DNA of 64,000 nt from assembly GCA_034667545.1 (NCBI GenBank), contig JAXDJR010000015.1:2850-66849 (forward strand), written 5' to 3'. The translations under genes were made by a program, and so were the position numbers. The DNA comes from Actinomycetota bacterium (GTDB lineage: Bacteria; Actinomycetota; CADDZG01; WHSQ01). Positions 55,080 through 64,000 of the stretch are shown here, piece after piece. Below the pieces are notes generated by a model. The model saw only the letters and a program-made list of their open reading frames with translations, was not told the origin of the DNA and searched no databases. Within the stretch, counting starts at the first letter, position 1; each line of letters begins with the position of its first letter.

Positions 55080-56003
55080 TCAGCCGCTTCCGATTATCCG
55101 AACTACCGCGCTCTCTAGCGCAGCCTCGGGCGATTCGCCGCCCTTGAGCTCGAGATCGGTGGTCGCGAGGATCTCCATAGCGGATATCAGCTCATCCTCG
55201 CGATAAGAGCGCGTTTGCTTAGCCAGTCGCTGTGCGCGCCACTCCGGCAACCCCAGCAATGCGGCTACTTCAGCCGGTCCTTGATCTGCGGAGCGCCGGG
55301 CCCGGAGCATCCTTCTGACATGCGCCACGAGTGCGCCAAACAGGACAAGGGGAGGATCGCCTTGCTCGAGCAGGCGACGCAATGCGCTCATCGCCACGCT
55401 CAGCCGGCGATCGCCCACGGCATCGGTGAAGACGTACATCCTCTCGTCTGCAAGCCGCGGAAATGCGTGACGGACCTGGTCGCGGCGAACGCGTGAGTTG
55501 GGGCCCAGCGCAGTTGCGAGCTGCGCAAGAGCTCCGTCCAGGTCGCGCAGTTCGACGCCGACCGCATCAACCAGCGCCCATGCTGCGGGGTCGTCGAGCT
55601 GCAACCGATGGGTCTTGGCGCGCTGGCGCGCCCATCCCACGAGCGCCCTGCCTTTCGGCGCGTCCAAACTCACTACGGCCCCCACGCGTTTCACGAGATC
55701 ATCGAACTTCGTGCGGCCCGTGCCGATTAACACCAACACCGAATCGGGTGATGGCGCCTCGAGGTACGCGAGCAGAGGCTGAGCTTGCTCCTTCTTCAGC
55801 TCATGAGCACCGCGCACGATCACAAGCCGCCGTCCGCCTAACAAAGAGGTGGTATTTAGCGCAGTGACGATCTCGGCCCCCGGTGCATCGGAATCGAAAG
55901 CGACCTCCGATAAGGGGTCCACGTTGGCTTCGGCGCGGATCTTCTGCAATCCCTCCTCTGCAAGGAACTCGTTCCCTCGCAGAAGGTAGGCAGGATGACT
56001 CAC
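55080..56003 (-). CDS. holA: DNA polymerase III subunit delta
   Basis: The N-terminus YLLRGNEFLAEEGLQKIR, the size, and the position between rpsT and comEC are typical. GTG 56003 overlaps the TGA of the upstream small ORF (GTGA). Confidence 0.85.
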   Translation of the reverse strand: MSHPAYLLRGNEFLAEEGLQKIRAEANVDPLSEVAFDSDAPGAEIVTALNTTSLLGGRRLVIVRGAHELKKEQAQPLLAYLEAPSPDSVLVLIGTGRTKFDDLVKRVGAVVSLDAPKGRALVGWARQRAKTHRLQLDDPAAWALVDAVGVELRDLDGALAQLATALGPNSRVRRDQVRHAFPRLADERMYVFTDAVGDRRLSVAMSALRRLLEQGDPPLVLFGALVAHVRRMLRARRSADQGPAEVAALLGLPEWRAQRLAKQTRSYREDELISAMEILATTDLELKGGESPEAALESAVVRIIGSG

Positions 56004-56194
56004 TCTTCGTCCAAACCCATCCGGTAGAGAGATTCGTCGTCCCGCATCAGGACCACGAGGCTCGCTCCCTCTTCCCTGAGGGTCGCCCACTCTCTCCCCA
56101 TCCAACTCTCCGCGTCTTCTTGGCTGTCGAACCGTTCGGTCCACCGCAGTTCGTTACCAGCCTTGTCCTCGAGGACCCAGAAATAGGAGCTCAC
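56000..56194 (-). CDS. Hypothetical acidic 64-aa protein
   Basis: Globular-looking sequence (YFWVLEDKAGNELRWTERFDSQEDAESWMGREW). It overlaps both neighbours by 4 nt (ATGA and GTGA). Confidence 0.55.
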   Translation of the reverse strand: MSSYFWVLEDKAGNELRWTERFDSQEDAESWMGREWATLREEGASLVVLMRDDESLYRMGLDEE

Positions 56195-56553
56195 CGGGCG
56201 GCGAGCCCGTACATGACGAAGGAGGCAGCCATGATGCCTCCACCCACGACGAGACCCCAGACGAAGAGCTCGGCAGAGGACACTCGCTCGACGCCGGGAC
56301 GGTCACCCGCGACCCGGGCCATGAAACCCCGGCGGCCCTCGACCCCTCGCCTAGAGGCCCATCCTTCCTGCGGCTCGGTAGCTCCTAGTAACCCAAGGCC
56401 AAGGCACACGAGGGAAACGAAGAACAAGCCGGTGCCGATGCCGTATGCCAATGACCGATGGCCGACCCAGGCGAATACCAGGCCTCCTCCGATCCCCCCG
56501 GCGGCGGCGACAACGAGCGAGGTCAAGAGGACCTTGAAGTGATAAAGGCTCAC
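56191..56553 (-). CDS. Hypothetical membrane protein (120 aa, about 3-4 TM)
   Basis: Hydrophobic helices with Gly-rich faces. It is translationally coupled to the downstream small ORF. Confidence 0.55.
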   Translation of the reverse strand: MSLYHFKVLLTSLVVAAAGGIGGGLVFAWVGHRSLAYGIGTGLFFVSLVCLGLGLLGATEPQEGWASRRGVEGRRGFMARVAGDRPGVERVSSAELFVWGLVVGGGIMAASFVMYGLAAR

Positions 56554-56562
56554 TCTCGCAGG

Positions 56563-57966
56563 TTATTCGAGGGTGCGCGCGGCGGCAGCAACGGCGGCGA
56601 CGAGGACTGGGACGGCGGCGAAGTAGGCGGCGGCCTTGGGAAGATCCACCGCGGCACCGGGGGCCCTGCCGAGGGATGTCCCGACCCACGCGATCCAACC
56701 AGCGAAGGGGCTCGCCATGGCTGCGAGCAGCCGGGCGGCAGCGGCGTTCGCCAGCGACACCACACCGGCGCAGAGGCCCAGGACGGTGGGCGGGGCCACT
56801 GCAGGAAACGCCAGCAGGTTCGCAAGAGGACTGATCACTGACAGTTGACCGAAGGTGGCGATGAGTATGGGCGCCACGGCTATCTGCGCCGAGATCGTCA
56901 CCGCCAGCGGAAGCGCGATGGCGCGCGGGAGGATCCGGAGCGCTCGTTCGACAGGCTTGGTCCAGAGCACGATCCCGCTAGTGGCGGCGGCACTCAGCTG
57001 GAGTCCTACCGAAAAGACCAGCCCCGGCCGGAATGCGATCACGACGATGAGGGCCGTGGCAAGGACCGCCAGAGGTTGCGCGCTATGCCCCCTTCCGACT
57101 GCCGCGACCATCACCGCCCCCATGACGGCAGCGCGCAACACCGAAGGTTGCGGGCCGACGACGAGCACGAACAGTCCGATCGCGCAAAGGTACGCGAGCA
57201 GTCGCAGCCGGTAATGCAACCGGCGTATCGCAAACGCCAAGGCACCGAGAAACATCGCAAGGTTCTCTCCCGATACGGCAAGGAGATGAGAAAGTCCGGC
57301 ACGCCGGAAGTCGTCAACGGTCACAGGATCGAGGTCGCTCGTGTCACCGATGGTGAGTCCTCGTACCAGACCGCGCCGCGGGGGGCCGAGGGATCGCGTC
57401 GCGTCGAGCAGGCCGTTGCGTATCGCCGACGCCAGACGCAGCGGCGGAGCGGAAGCTCGGCCCGTGCGACTCGAACCCGCGTCGAACATCGCGGAAGCCC
57501 CGGCTCGCCTCCGCGCTAAGTCGAAGGGATCGTCCTGCAGAGGAACGAGCGTGCCGGAGGCCGACACCGTCGCTCCAGGATCGGCGACACGCGTCGGAAA
57601 CATCACGGTGCCCGGATTCTGGATGGGTGCGTAAGCATTACAGTGTGCCTGCGCGAGCGCAACCAGCGTGCCCAAGGCACCTTGATCCTCCAGCACGCGC
57701 CCCGTGACTTCGCAATGAGCGAAGTCTGATGCGAGAACCGAGACTGCCGCCGTGCGCTCGGTCCGCAGCGAGGCATCGAGAGCTCCCGCGCCAAACGCAG
57801 CAGCGACGACGCCCACCAGCAGCAGGATCGCCTTTCGCCGGAAGCTCAGGGTCGCGCCCCCGAGCGCGCACAGACCGATGGCCGGGAGAGGACCGGGATG
57901 CGCGTACCCCCACAGGACCCCCGCCGACAACCCCGCGACGGCGAGCCACAGCCGTAGCAGCCTCAC
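56563..57966 (-). CDS. comEC: ComEC/Rec2 family protein lacking the metallo-beta-lactamase domain
   Basis: N-terminal OB/DUF4131-like region plus a Competence domain (GLSHLLAVSGENLAMFLG). The protein ends after the TM region, with no HxHxDH motif. Confidence 0.85.
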   Translation of the reverse strand: MRLLRLWLAVAGLSAGVLWGYAHPGPLPAIGLCALGGATLSFRRKAILLLVGVVAAAFGAGALDASLRTERTAAVSVLASDFAHCEVTGRVLEDQGALGTLVALAQAHCNAYAPIQNPGTVMFPTRVADPGATVSASGTLVPLQDDPFDLARRRAGASAMFDAGSSRTGRASAPPLRLASAIRNGLLDATRSLGPPRRGLVRGLTIGDTSDLDPVTVDDFRRAGLSHLLAVSGENLAMFLGALAFAIRRLHYRLRLLAYLCAIGLFVLVVGPQPSVLRAAVMGAVMVAAVGRGHSAQPLAVLATALIVVIAFRPGLVFSVGLQLSAAATSGIVLWTKPVERALRILPRAIALPLAVTISAQIAVAPILIATFGQLSVISPLANLLAFPAVAPPTVLGLCAGVVSLANAAAARLLAAMASPFAGWIAWVGTSLGRAPGAAVDLPKAAAYFAAVPVLVAAVAAAARTLE

Positions 57967-58101
57967 TGTGCCGTTGACGGTGAAGGCGTATCTCCTACCG
58001 ACGGACCCAAAGCGCGATCACCGGTCTCACGCAGCACAATCTCCACCCCCCGGTGTCCCGTCGCCGTGGCCTGGGCGGGCCTGCGCACCCTGGGGGTGGG
58101 A

Positions 58102-58782
58102 CTAGATGCTGATATAAGGGCGGATGTTCTCGACCGTAGCGGGCCCGATGCCGTTCACGTCGAGCAGCTGCTCGATCGATGTGAAGTGCCCGATGCGAGT
58201 GCGGTAGGCCAGGATGGCATTGGCAGTGACCGGTCCAACTCCGGGAATCTGCTCGAGTGCGGGTTCGTCCGCAGTATTGATGTCGACCACCGGCACAGAG
58301 GGCGACGGCGCCGCGCCCGACGTTCCGACCGTTCCCGTGGCGGCCGCCGGCGCGACTTCTCCTTTGCGTGCGACGTCGACCTTCACGCCGTCGGTCAAGA
58401 GTTGGGCGAGATTGAGGAGGTCGAGGTCCGCGTGCGTCGCGGGGCCACCTGCGGCTTGGATCGCATCCGCAACCCGGGACCCCAGATCCAGCTTGTAGAG
58501 ACCCGGCCGCCGAACGGCGCCTGAGACGTCCACATAGAGGAACCCTGCCGAAGGGGAGGCCGCGACTTGAGCCGAGACTTGTGGGTTGCCGGCGGGTGGT
58601 TGCACCGCTCCTGACTGCTCCGTGGCGGGCGGTGCGATCTGGGCCGGGGCGCCGCGGGCCCACATCAGCAATGCGGCTGCTACGGCGGCGACCACGAAAC
58701 CGGCAACGATCCAGCCGCCGCGCCGCGTTTGTAACTCCTCGAGCCGTTCGCGCCAGCCGCTCGCGATGATGATGTCCGACAC
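58102..58782 (-). CDS. comEA: ComEA-like helix-hairpin-helix DNA-binding protein
   Basis: N-terminal TM helix, SLBB-like segment (PGLYKLDLGSRVADAI), and C-terminal tandem HhH (INTADEPALEQIPGVGPVTANAILAYR...LLDVNGIGPATVENI). Confidence 0.85.
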   Translation of the reverse strand: MSDIIIASGWRERLEELQTRRGGWIVAGFVVAAVAAALLMWARGAPAQIAPPATEQSGAVQPPAGNPQVSAQVAASPSAGFLYVDVSGAVRRPGLYKLDLGSRVADAIQAAGGPATHADLDLLNLAQLLTDGVKVDVARKGEVAPAAATGTVGTSGAAPSPSVPVVDINTADEPALEQIPGVGPVTANAILAYRTRIGHFTSIEQLLDVNGIGPATVENIRPYISI

Positions 58783-58861
58783 GTGGCAGAGTTCACGCCG
58801 AAGCGAGCGAGACGGCAGTGAGGATGGTCACAACCGAATCCAAAGACCGCCCCTTTAGCAT

Positions 58862-60082
58862 GTGCCGATGCCACTCCAGGTCCGTACTTGCTCAGCCGAG
58901 GACATCGCCTCTTTCTTGGGGACGGTGGAGGCCGCCTTCGGTGAGGAATCGCACCTTGAGGACCTCGAGAAGGAACGACGGATCTTCGAGCCCGATCGGT
59001 GCCACTACATTGCCGACGGCGATGGGATGGTCGGAACCGCGGGGGCGTTTTCGTTCTCGATGAGCGTGCCGGGTGCCGACCTACCGACGGCGGGGGTCAC
59101 GATGGTGGGCGTCTTGCCGAGCCACCGGCGTCGAGGGATCCTGACCCAGCTGATGACACATCAGCTGGGCGATGTCCACCGGAGAGGTGAGCCGCTGGCG
59201 GCGCTGTGGGCCTCCGAGGGCACGATCTATGAGCGGTTCGGGTACGCCATCGCGACGCTGCAAGGCGGGAGCGACATCGAGCGGGACCGTGCGAGGTTCC
59301 GGGATGACCCGGGACCGGTAGGTCAGACGCGGCTGCTCGCGCGCGAGGACGCGGCAAAGATCTTCGACCCGATCTACGAACAAGTACGGCGCCAACGCCC
59401 CGGGATGTATTCGCGCAACGAAGACTTCTGGTCGGTGCACACGCTGGCCGACGCGCCCCACATTCGACGGGGCGCAGGACCGCTCTTCTGCGCCGTGCAC
59501 GAGACCTCGGGACAACCGGACGCATACGCGTCCTACCGAGTGAAGCACGACTGGACAGGAGTGTCCGAGAGCCAGCTGGTGGTTCGGGAGGCCCTGGGGA
59601 TCGATGCTCGCGCCACTCGAGAGATCTGGCGATTCCTCTTTGGGATCGATCTCATGCAGAGGGTGCAAGCGCGTTCGCTGCCGATCGATCACCCGTTGTA
59701 TCTCATGCTGGACGAGCCCAGGCGCTTGCGACAGACGCTGGGAGATGGCTTGTGGCTGCGCGTCGTCGATCTCGAGCTCGCCCTCCAGGCGCGTTCGTTC
59801 GCGGCTGCGGACCGGGTCGTTATCGCTATCGAAGATCCGTTGTGTCCGTGGAACAGTGGTTCGTGGCGGATCGACACGACCGGTACGAGCACCTCGGTGA
59901 CGCGCACCGAAGATCCTGCTGAAATGACTTTGACACCGTCGGATCTCGGCGCCGTCTACCTGGGAGGGTTCAGCCTCGCTCAGCTTGCGAGGGCGGGCCG
60001 CGTCGAGCCGAGCGATGCCGTCGAGCGGATGGACGCGATGTTCCACACCCACATCGCGCCCTACTGCTCGGGGACTTTCTGA
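58862..60082 (+). CDS. Eis-like GNAT N-acetyltransferase with SCP2-like C-terminal domain
   Basis: The GNAT acetyl-CoA loop GVLPSHRRRGILTQLM, the ~400-aa three-domain length, and a C-terminus ending in F are as in Eis-family enzymes. Confidence 0.8.
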   Translation: MPMPLQVRTCSAEDIASFLGTVEAAFGEESHLEDLEKERRIFEPDRCHYIADGDGMVGTAGAFSFSMSVPGADLPTAGVTMVGVLPSHRRRGILTQLMTHQLGDVHRRGEPLAALWASEGTIYERFGYAIATLQGGSDIERDRARFRDDPGPVGQTRLLAREDAAKIFDPIYEQVRRQRPGMYSRNEDFWSVHTLADAPHIRRGAGPLFCAVHETSGQPDAYASYRVKHDWTGVSESQLVVREALGIDARATREIWRFLFGIDLMQRVQARSLPIDHPLYLMLDEPRRLRQTLGDGLWLRVVDLELALQARSFAAADRVVIAIEDPLCPWNSGSWRIDTTGTSTSVTRTEDPAEMTLTPSDLGAVYLGGFSLAQLARAGRVEPSDAVERMDAMFHTHIAPYCSGTF

Positions 60083-60198
60083 TATCCGGTTTGTGGTCGA
60101 GAAGTGAAACCTCCAGAAGTAACTGAGGCGCGCAGGAAACGGGGACTTCAGATTCCGCATGGGGATACCACCTCAGAGGAGGCCGAGCCCTCGTCAGA

Positions 60199-62664
60199 TC
60201 ACACCACCAGGGAGATCAGCTTCGGCGGCTTGATGATGATCTTGGACGGCTCACCACCGTCGAGGTAGCTGCGGACCTTGTCGGAGGAGAGAGCCAGCTC
60301 TTTCATCTCTGACTCCGCGATATCCGGCGCGACCGACAGCGTGTCCCGCACCTTGCCGTTGACCTGAATCACCATCGTCACCTCTTGCTCCGAGGCAAGT
60401 GCGGGATCGAACTCCGGCCACATCTCCTTGTGTATCGATGTCTCGTGCCCGAGGCGGTGCCATTGCTCCTCGGTGATGTAAGGGGCCATCGGCGCCAGCA
60501 TCTTGAGCAAGGCTTCCACCAGCTCTCGAACCATAGGTCCCCCGCCGCCCTCAGCTTGATAGCGGTAAGCGTGATTGACCAACTCCATCAACCGGGCGAT
60601 GGCGGTGTTGAACGAGAACCCCTGATAGTCCTTGGTGACGATCTTGATGGTCCTGTGGATGTGTCTCCGTAGCTCGGTCTCGGCAGCGCCGTCGCCTGCG
60701 TCCGCAGCGGCTTCCTGCACCTGCTCGCATAAGCGCCACACCCGTTGGAGCCAGGGAAAGGTCACCCGTCCGATCGCGGTCACCCCTTCTTCGGGCCAGT
60801 CGATCGCTTGTTCGGCGGGGCCGAAGAAGAGCAGGTACAGGCGTAGTGAGTCTGCTCCATACAGATCGAGTGCCGCACTGGCCTCGACGATATTGCCGCG
60901 CGACTTGGACATCTTCTTTCCGCCCATCGTCACGACTCCGTGGTTGAGCATGTTCGGATACGGCTCCGGGTCTCGAACCATGCCCATGTCCATCATCACC
61001 TTCTGAAAGAAGCGGGCATAGATGAGGTGGCCGACCGCGTGTTCGATGCCTCCCGTGTATTGATCGGTCGGCATCCATGCATCTGACTTCGCGCGGTCGA
61101 AGGGAGCGTGGTCGTTGTGCGGATCCAGATACCGATGGAAGTACCAAGACGAGTCTACGAAGGTGTCCATCGTGTCGGTGTCACGCCGGGCCCGGCCCCC
61201 GCACTGCGGACAGTCGACATTCACCCAGTCGTGGGCGGTGGCGAGCGGTGATCCCTCGCCCGTCGGTTTGAAGTCGACGACCTCAGGCAGGACGACCGGC
61301 AACTGATCGTCTGGGGCCAGTACCTCACCGCAACGCTCGCAGTGGATGACCGGGATCGGTGTTCCCCAATAACGTTGCCGGCTGATCAACCAGTCACGCA
61401 ACCTGAAGTTCTTGGCGCGCCTGCCAAGGCCGTTGGCTTCCAGCCACGCGACCACCGCTTCTACCGATTCCGAAGCTGAGATCCCGTTGAAGTCACCGCT
61501 GTTGACCATGACGCCATCGTGTGACCACGCTTCGGTCATGGTCATCGGGTCTAGCTGGCGATCTTCCGGACTGATCACGACACGAACAGGCAACCCGTAT
61601 TGACGGGCAAAGTCCAGATCGCGCTGGTCGTGGGCGGGAACCGCCATGATGGCCCCCGTGCCGTAATCCATCAGGACGTAGTCCCCCACCCAGATCGGCA
61701 TTTTTTCCCCGGTGACAGGGTTCATCGCGTACTTCCCCAGGAACATGCCGTGTTTGGGATGTTCCAAGGAGAGACGGTCGATCTCGGTCATCGCTTCGAC
61801 CTGTTTTCTGAACTCGGCGAGCTCCGACTCCTTGTCGGTGTCCGCAACGAGCTCCTCGGCCAGCGGGTGCTCGGGGGCAAGGACGAAAAAGGTAGCGCCC
61901 CACAGGGTGTCGGGCCGCGTCGTGAAGACCGTGACCGGCTCCGCGATGCCCTCGAGCTTGAAATCGACCTCCGCGCCGAACGACCGGCCGATCCAGTTTC
62001 GCTGGAGGGTCTTCAGCCGCTCGCTCCAGCCGGTATTCAGCGCCAGGTCATCGAGCAACCTGTCTGCATAATCGGTGATCCTGAAGAACCACTGCGACAG
62101 GTAACGCTTGACGACGACGGTGTCGCAAAGCTCGCAGCGTCCTGCGATGACTTGCTCGTTCGCCAAGACGGTCTTGTCCTTGGGACACCACCACGCGGCC
62201 GCCTCTTTCCGGTAGGCGAGACCGCGTTCGTAAAAACGCAAGAACAACCATTGGTTCCAGCGGTAGTACTCCGGTTCGCAGGTTGAAAGCATCCGGTCCC
62301 AGTCGAAGGAACATCCGAAGCGCTCGGCGGACGCCCGCCAGATGGCGATATTCCTGTCGGTCCATTCTCGAGGCTGAATCCCTCGCTTGATAGCCGCGTT
62401 CTCTGCGGGCAATCCAAAAGCATCAAACCCCAAGGGGTTGAGCACCTCGTAACCCTGCATGCGCACGAAGCGCGCTATCGAGTCATGGATCGCAAAGATC
62501 TCGACGTGTCCAACGTGCATGTCCCCCGAGGGATAGGGATACATCGTGAGCATGTAGCGTTTCTTCGCCGGATCGGGAAAGTCGGGCGCAGCCCAGTACT
62601 TGCCGCCGATCCATTCCTTCATCCAGCGGTCTTCTATCGACTTGTGGTCGTACTCCCGCTCCAT
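60199..62664 (-). CDS. leuS: Leucine--tRNA ligase
   Basis: HIGH-type motif PSGDMHVGHV, KMSKS motif GGKKMSKSRGN, and a CP1 editing domain. Confidence 0.95.
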   Translation of the reverse strand: MEREYDHKSIEDRWMKEWIGGKYWAAPDFPDPAKKRYMLTMYPYPSGDMHVGHVEIFAIHDSIARFVRMQGYEVLNPLGFDAFGLPAENAAIKRGIQPREWTDRNIAIWRASAERFGCSFDWDRMLSTCEPEYYRWNQWLFLRFYERGLAYRKEAAAWWCPKDKTVLANEQVIAGRCELCDTVVVKRYLSQWFFRITDYADRLLDDLALNTGWSERLKTLQRNWIGRSFGAEVDFKLEGIAEPVTVFTTRPDTLWGATFFVLAPEHPLAEELVADTDKESELAEFRKQVEAMTEIDRLSLEHPKHGMFLGKYAMNPVTGEKMPIWVGDYVLMDYGTGAIMAVPAHDQRDLDFARQYGLPVRVVISPEDRQLDPMTMTEAWSHDGVMVNSGDFNGISASESVEAVVAWLEANGLGRRAKNFRLRDWLISRQRYWGTPIPVIHCERCGEVLAPDDQLPVVLPEVVDFKPTGEGSPLATAHDWVNVDCPQCGGRARRDTDTMDTFVDSSWYFHRYLDPHNDHAPFDRAKSDAWMPTDQYTGGIEHAVGHLIYARFFQKVMMDMGMVRDPEPYPNMLNHGVVTMGGKKMSKSRGNIVEASAALDLYGADSLRLYLLFFGPAEQAIDWPEEGVTAIGRVTFPWLQRVWRLCEQVQEAAADAGDGAAETELRRHIHRTIKIVTKDYQGFSFNTAIARLMELVNHAYRYQAEGGGGPMVRELVEALLKMLAPMAPYITEEQWHRLGHETSIHKEMWPEFDPALASEQEVTMVIQVNGKVRDTLSVAPDIAESEMKELALSSDKVRSYLDGGEPSKIIIKPPKLISLVV

Positions 62665-62699
62665 CGAGGAACACTAATCGGCGCGCACGCCGCCCGGCT

Positions 62700-63530
62700 T
62701 CAGGCGATTGGGCAACCGGCGAAAGGTGCGCCCGAGAACTCTCGAAGGCGTTGGAGGGCGGCCGGCGACAGAGTCTTGCGTTGAGTGCGCCTCGGGCGGT
62801 ACTTCAGTACGCCGGTCCCCGGCCTGAAGAAGCGGCGCACCACCTTGTACCTGGTTCCCAAGGATCCCTTAGCCAAAGCTCCCGAGATCACGACCGTGCC
62901 GCGGCGGTTGCAGGCTTCTCCGTCGAGATGGCCAACGCTCCCCCCGTAGGCGAAGAGGCCGGTGAAAGGGGTGCCCTTTATCGTTACGGGAACGAGAGTG
63001 CCCGCGGAATAGGTGTAGACACCTTCGAACTGCGTTGATGCGCCGGCAGCGACATCGACGACCACCTCGCCTCCAGGGGCACCGTCTATCCGGGCAACCG
63101 AGTTCAGATGAGGCGCGGGAAGGACAGGGGTCGGTTCCCATTGCCGGATCGCCGCTGCCGCTTGTGTCCCGCTCGCTGTGCGAACTGCAACGAAGGCCTG
63201 GCATCCGGTGGCGCCGGAGGGATCGAGTGCGATCCGTACGGTGTCTGGCCGGCCGTCACCGTCCACGTCTCCTCGCAGGGAGCCTGGTCTCGTAAGGCCA
63301 GGCGTCGCCAGGACCGCGGCTTCGTTGCTGCAGCCGTCATCTGATGCTGCCGACGCCGTTGGGGAGGGAGAAGGCGACGGCGTTCCCGACGGCGTCCGTG
63401 TCAGAGATGGGGAGGGAGTGACGGAATCTAGAGATGTTGTGGAGCCCGCGCCGACTGATTTCGCGTCGCTGCTGTTGCAGGCCGCCAGTCCTACGAGACA
63501 GATGGCGGCGATCGCGACGTAGGTCTTCAT
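62700..63530 (-). CDS. Secreted lipoprotein, hypothetical (FG-GAP/VCBS-like DxDxDG motif)
   Basis: Signal peptide with lipobox LVGLAAC, a Ser/Pro/Thr-rich linker, and GDVDGDGRPDTV. Confidence 0.7.
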   Translation of the reverse strand: MKTYVAIAAICLVGLAACNSSDAKSVGAGSTTSLDSVTPSPSLTRTPSGTPSPSPSPTASAASDDGCSNEAAVLATPGLTRPGSLRGDVDGDGRPDTVRIALDPSGATGCQAFVAVRTASGTQAAAAIRQWEPTPVLPAPHLNSVARIDGAPGGEVVVDVAAGASTQFEGVYTYSAGTLVPVTIKGTPFTGLFAYGGSVGHLDGEACNRRGTVVISGALAKGSLGTRYKVVRRFFRPGTGVLKYRPRRTQRKTLSPAALQRLREFSGAPFAGCPIA

Positions 63531-63601
63531 GGCGATGAAGATACCGAGGCCCGCCGGAAGGGTGGTGTGGAACCCCCGGCGAGCCTCGGAGACCTAAGCA
63601 G

Positions 63602-64000
63602 CTATGCGCTCATCCGCGGGCGCCACCAACGCACCGCCAGGAGGGCGAGTAGCGCAAGCAAACCGATGGGTAGCACGTAAGCGGCTCCAACGATCACCGA
63701 GGAGATCACACTCAGAAGGGCCGCTCCGGCTTGGCGCCATGCCTTTTGGATCGTGCTGTCGTGCTGAACTACAACACCTGTTTGCGATAAGCCGACGGTG
63801 ATCGTGCTCATGGCTGTCTGGCTCCCGAGGTAGCGAAGCTGACCCTTGAGCCGCTCGATCGACAGCTGCACCCCTTCGAGCTGCTGCTCGACCCTGATCG
63901 TGCCGGACACCGACTTCGCTCGATCCATCAACCGAAGAAGCACCGCCTCCTGAGCCTTCGCGTTGCGCAGGCGGGCTTGGAAGTCGATGAACTCCTGAGA
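63602..64000 (-). CDS. DUF4349-like protein, C-terminal part (gene continues beyond window end)
   Basis: The frame is open to the window edge. A coiled-coil (IRVEQQLEGVQLSIERLKGQLRYLGSQTAMSTITV) and a C-terminal TM helix match the DUF4349 layout as I recall it. Confidence 0.65.
   Translation of the reverse strand, partial: SQEFIDFQARLRNAKAQEAVLLRLMDRAKSVSGTIRVEQQLEGVQLSIERLKGQLRYLGSQTAMSTITVGLSQTGVVVQHDSTIQKAWRQAGAALLSVISSVIVGAAYVLPIGLLALLALLAVRWWRPRMSA

Noticed and set aside
59081-60160. 359-aa minus-strand ORF opposite the Eis-like acetyltransferase
   Set aside because: It is a shadow ORF. The plus-strand frame carries the GNAT acetyl-CoA motif and a sensible domain layout, while the minus frame is Arg/Pro-rich with no motifs.
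1-64000. CRISPR arrays, rRNA genes, insertion sequences, prophage or defence-system genes
   Set aside because: I found no spaced direct-repeat arrays, no rRNA-like segments, and no ORFs with transposase, integrase, Cas, restriction or toxin signatures. The only tandem repeat is the 3-unit array at 39901-39941.

Overview
GC-rich chromosomal segment with Gram-positive, actinobacterium-like gene content and order (inference from synteny and an LPXTG protein, not a database hit). It splits into two parts. (1) About 1-27.7 kb is an accessory cell-envelope region. It holds an ABC-2 exporter, an XRE regulator, a cytoplasmic GAF-type histidine kinase with a LuxR-type response regulator, and a tiny LPXTG wall-anchored protein. 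A ~21 kb Wzx/Wzy-dependent polysaccharide locus follows (4.5-25.3 kb). The locus encodes a priming phosphoglycosyl transferase, a WecB/TagA-type GT, two GT4 enzymes, a Wzc-like tyrosine autokinase/co-polymerase, a Wzx flippase, a Wzy-like polymerase and a DUF4012 protein. It also carries an unusually dense tailoring set: three PAPS-type sulfotransferases, a close GDP-mannose 3,5-epimerase homologue, an ATP-grasp ligase, a thymidylate-kinase-like P-loop kinase, an APH-like phosphotransferase and an unknown protein. A second PAS-kinase/LuxR-regulator pair is translationally coupled to the priming transferase. The region ends at tRNA-Asn(GTT). (2) About 27.8-62.7 kb is conserved housekeeping synteny: sigA, dnaG, dgt, ppdK, glyQS, uppS, recO, era, ybeY, phoH, mtaB, rsmE, dnaJ, hrcA with a CIRCE operator, hemW, lepA, rpsT, holA, comEC, comEA and leuS. 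A few small or unknown inserts are interleaved. I saw no rRNA, CRISPR array, transposase, integrase or phage genes. The most interesting candidate is the predicted sulfated, possibly L-hexose-containing and otherwise multiply tailored exopolysaccharide system. All functional calls rest on motifs I recognise in the translated ORFs. No searches were run. Many long ORFs in the track are antisense or alternate-frame artefacts of the high GC content.
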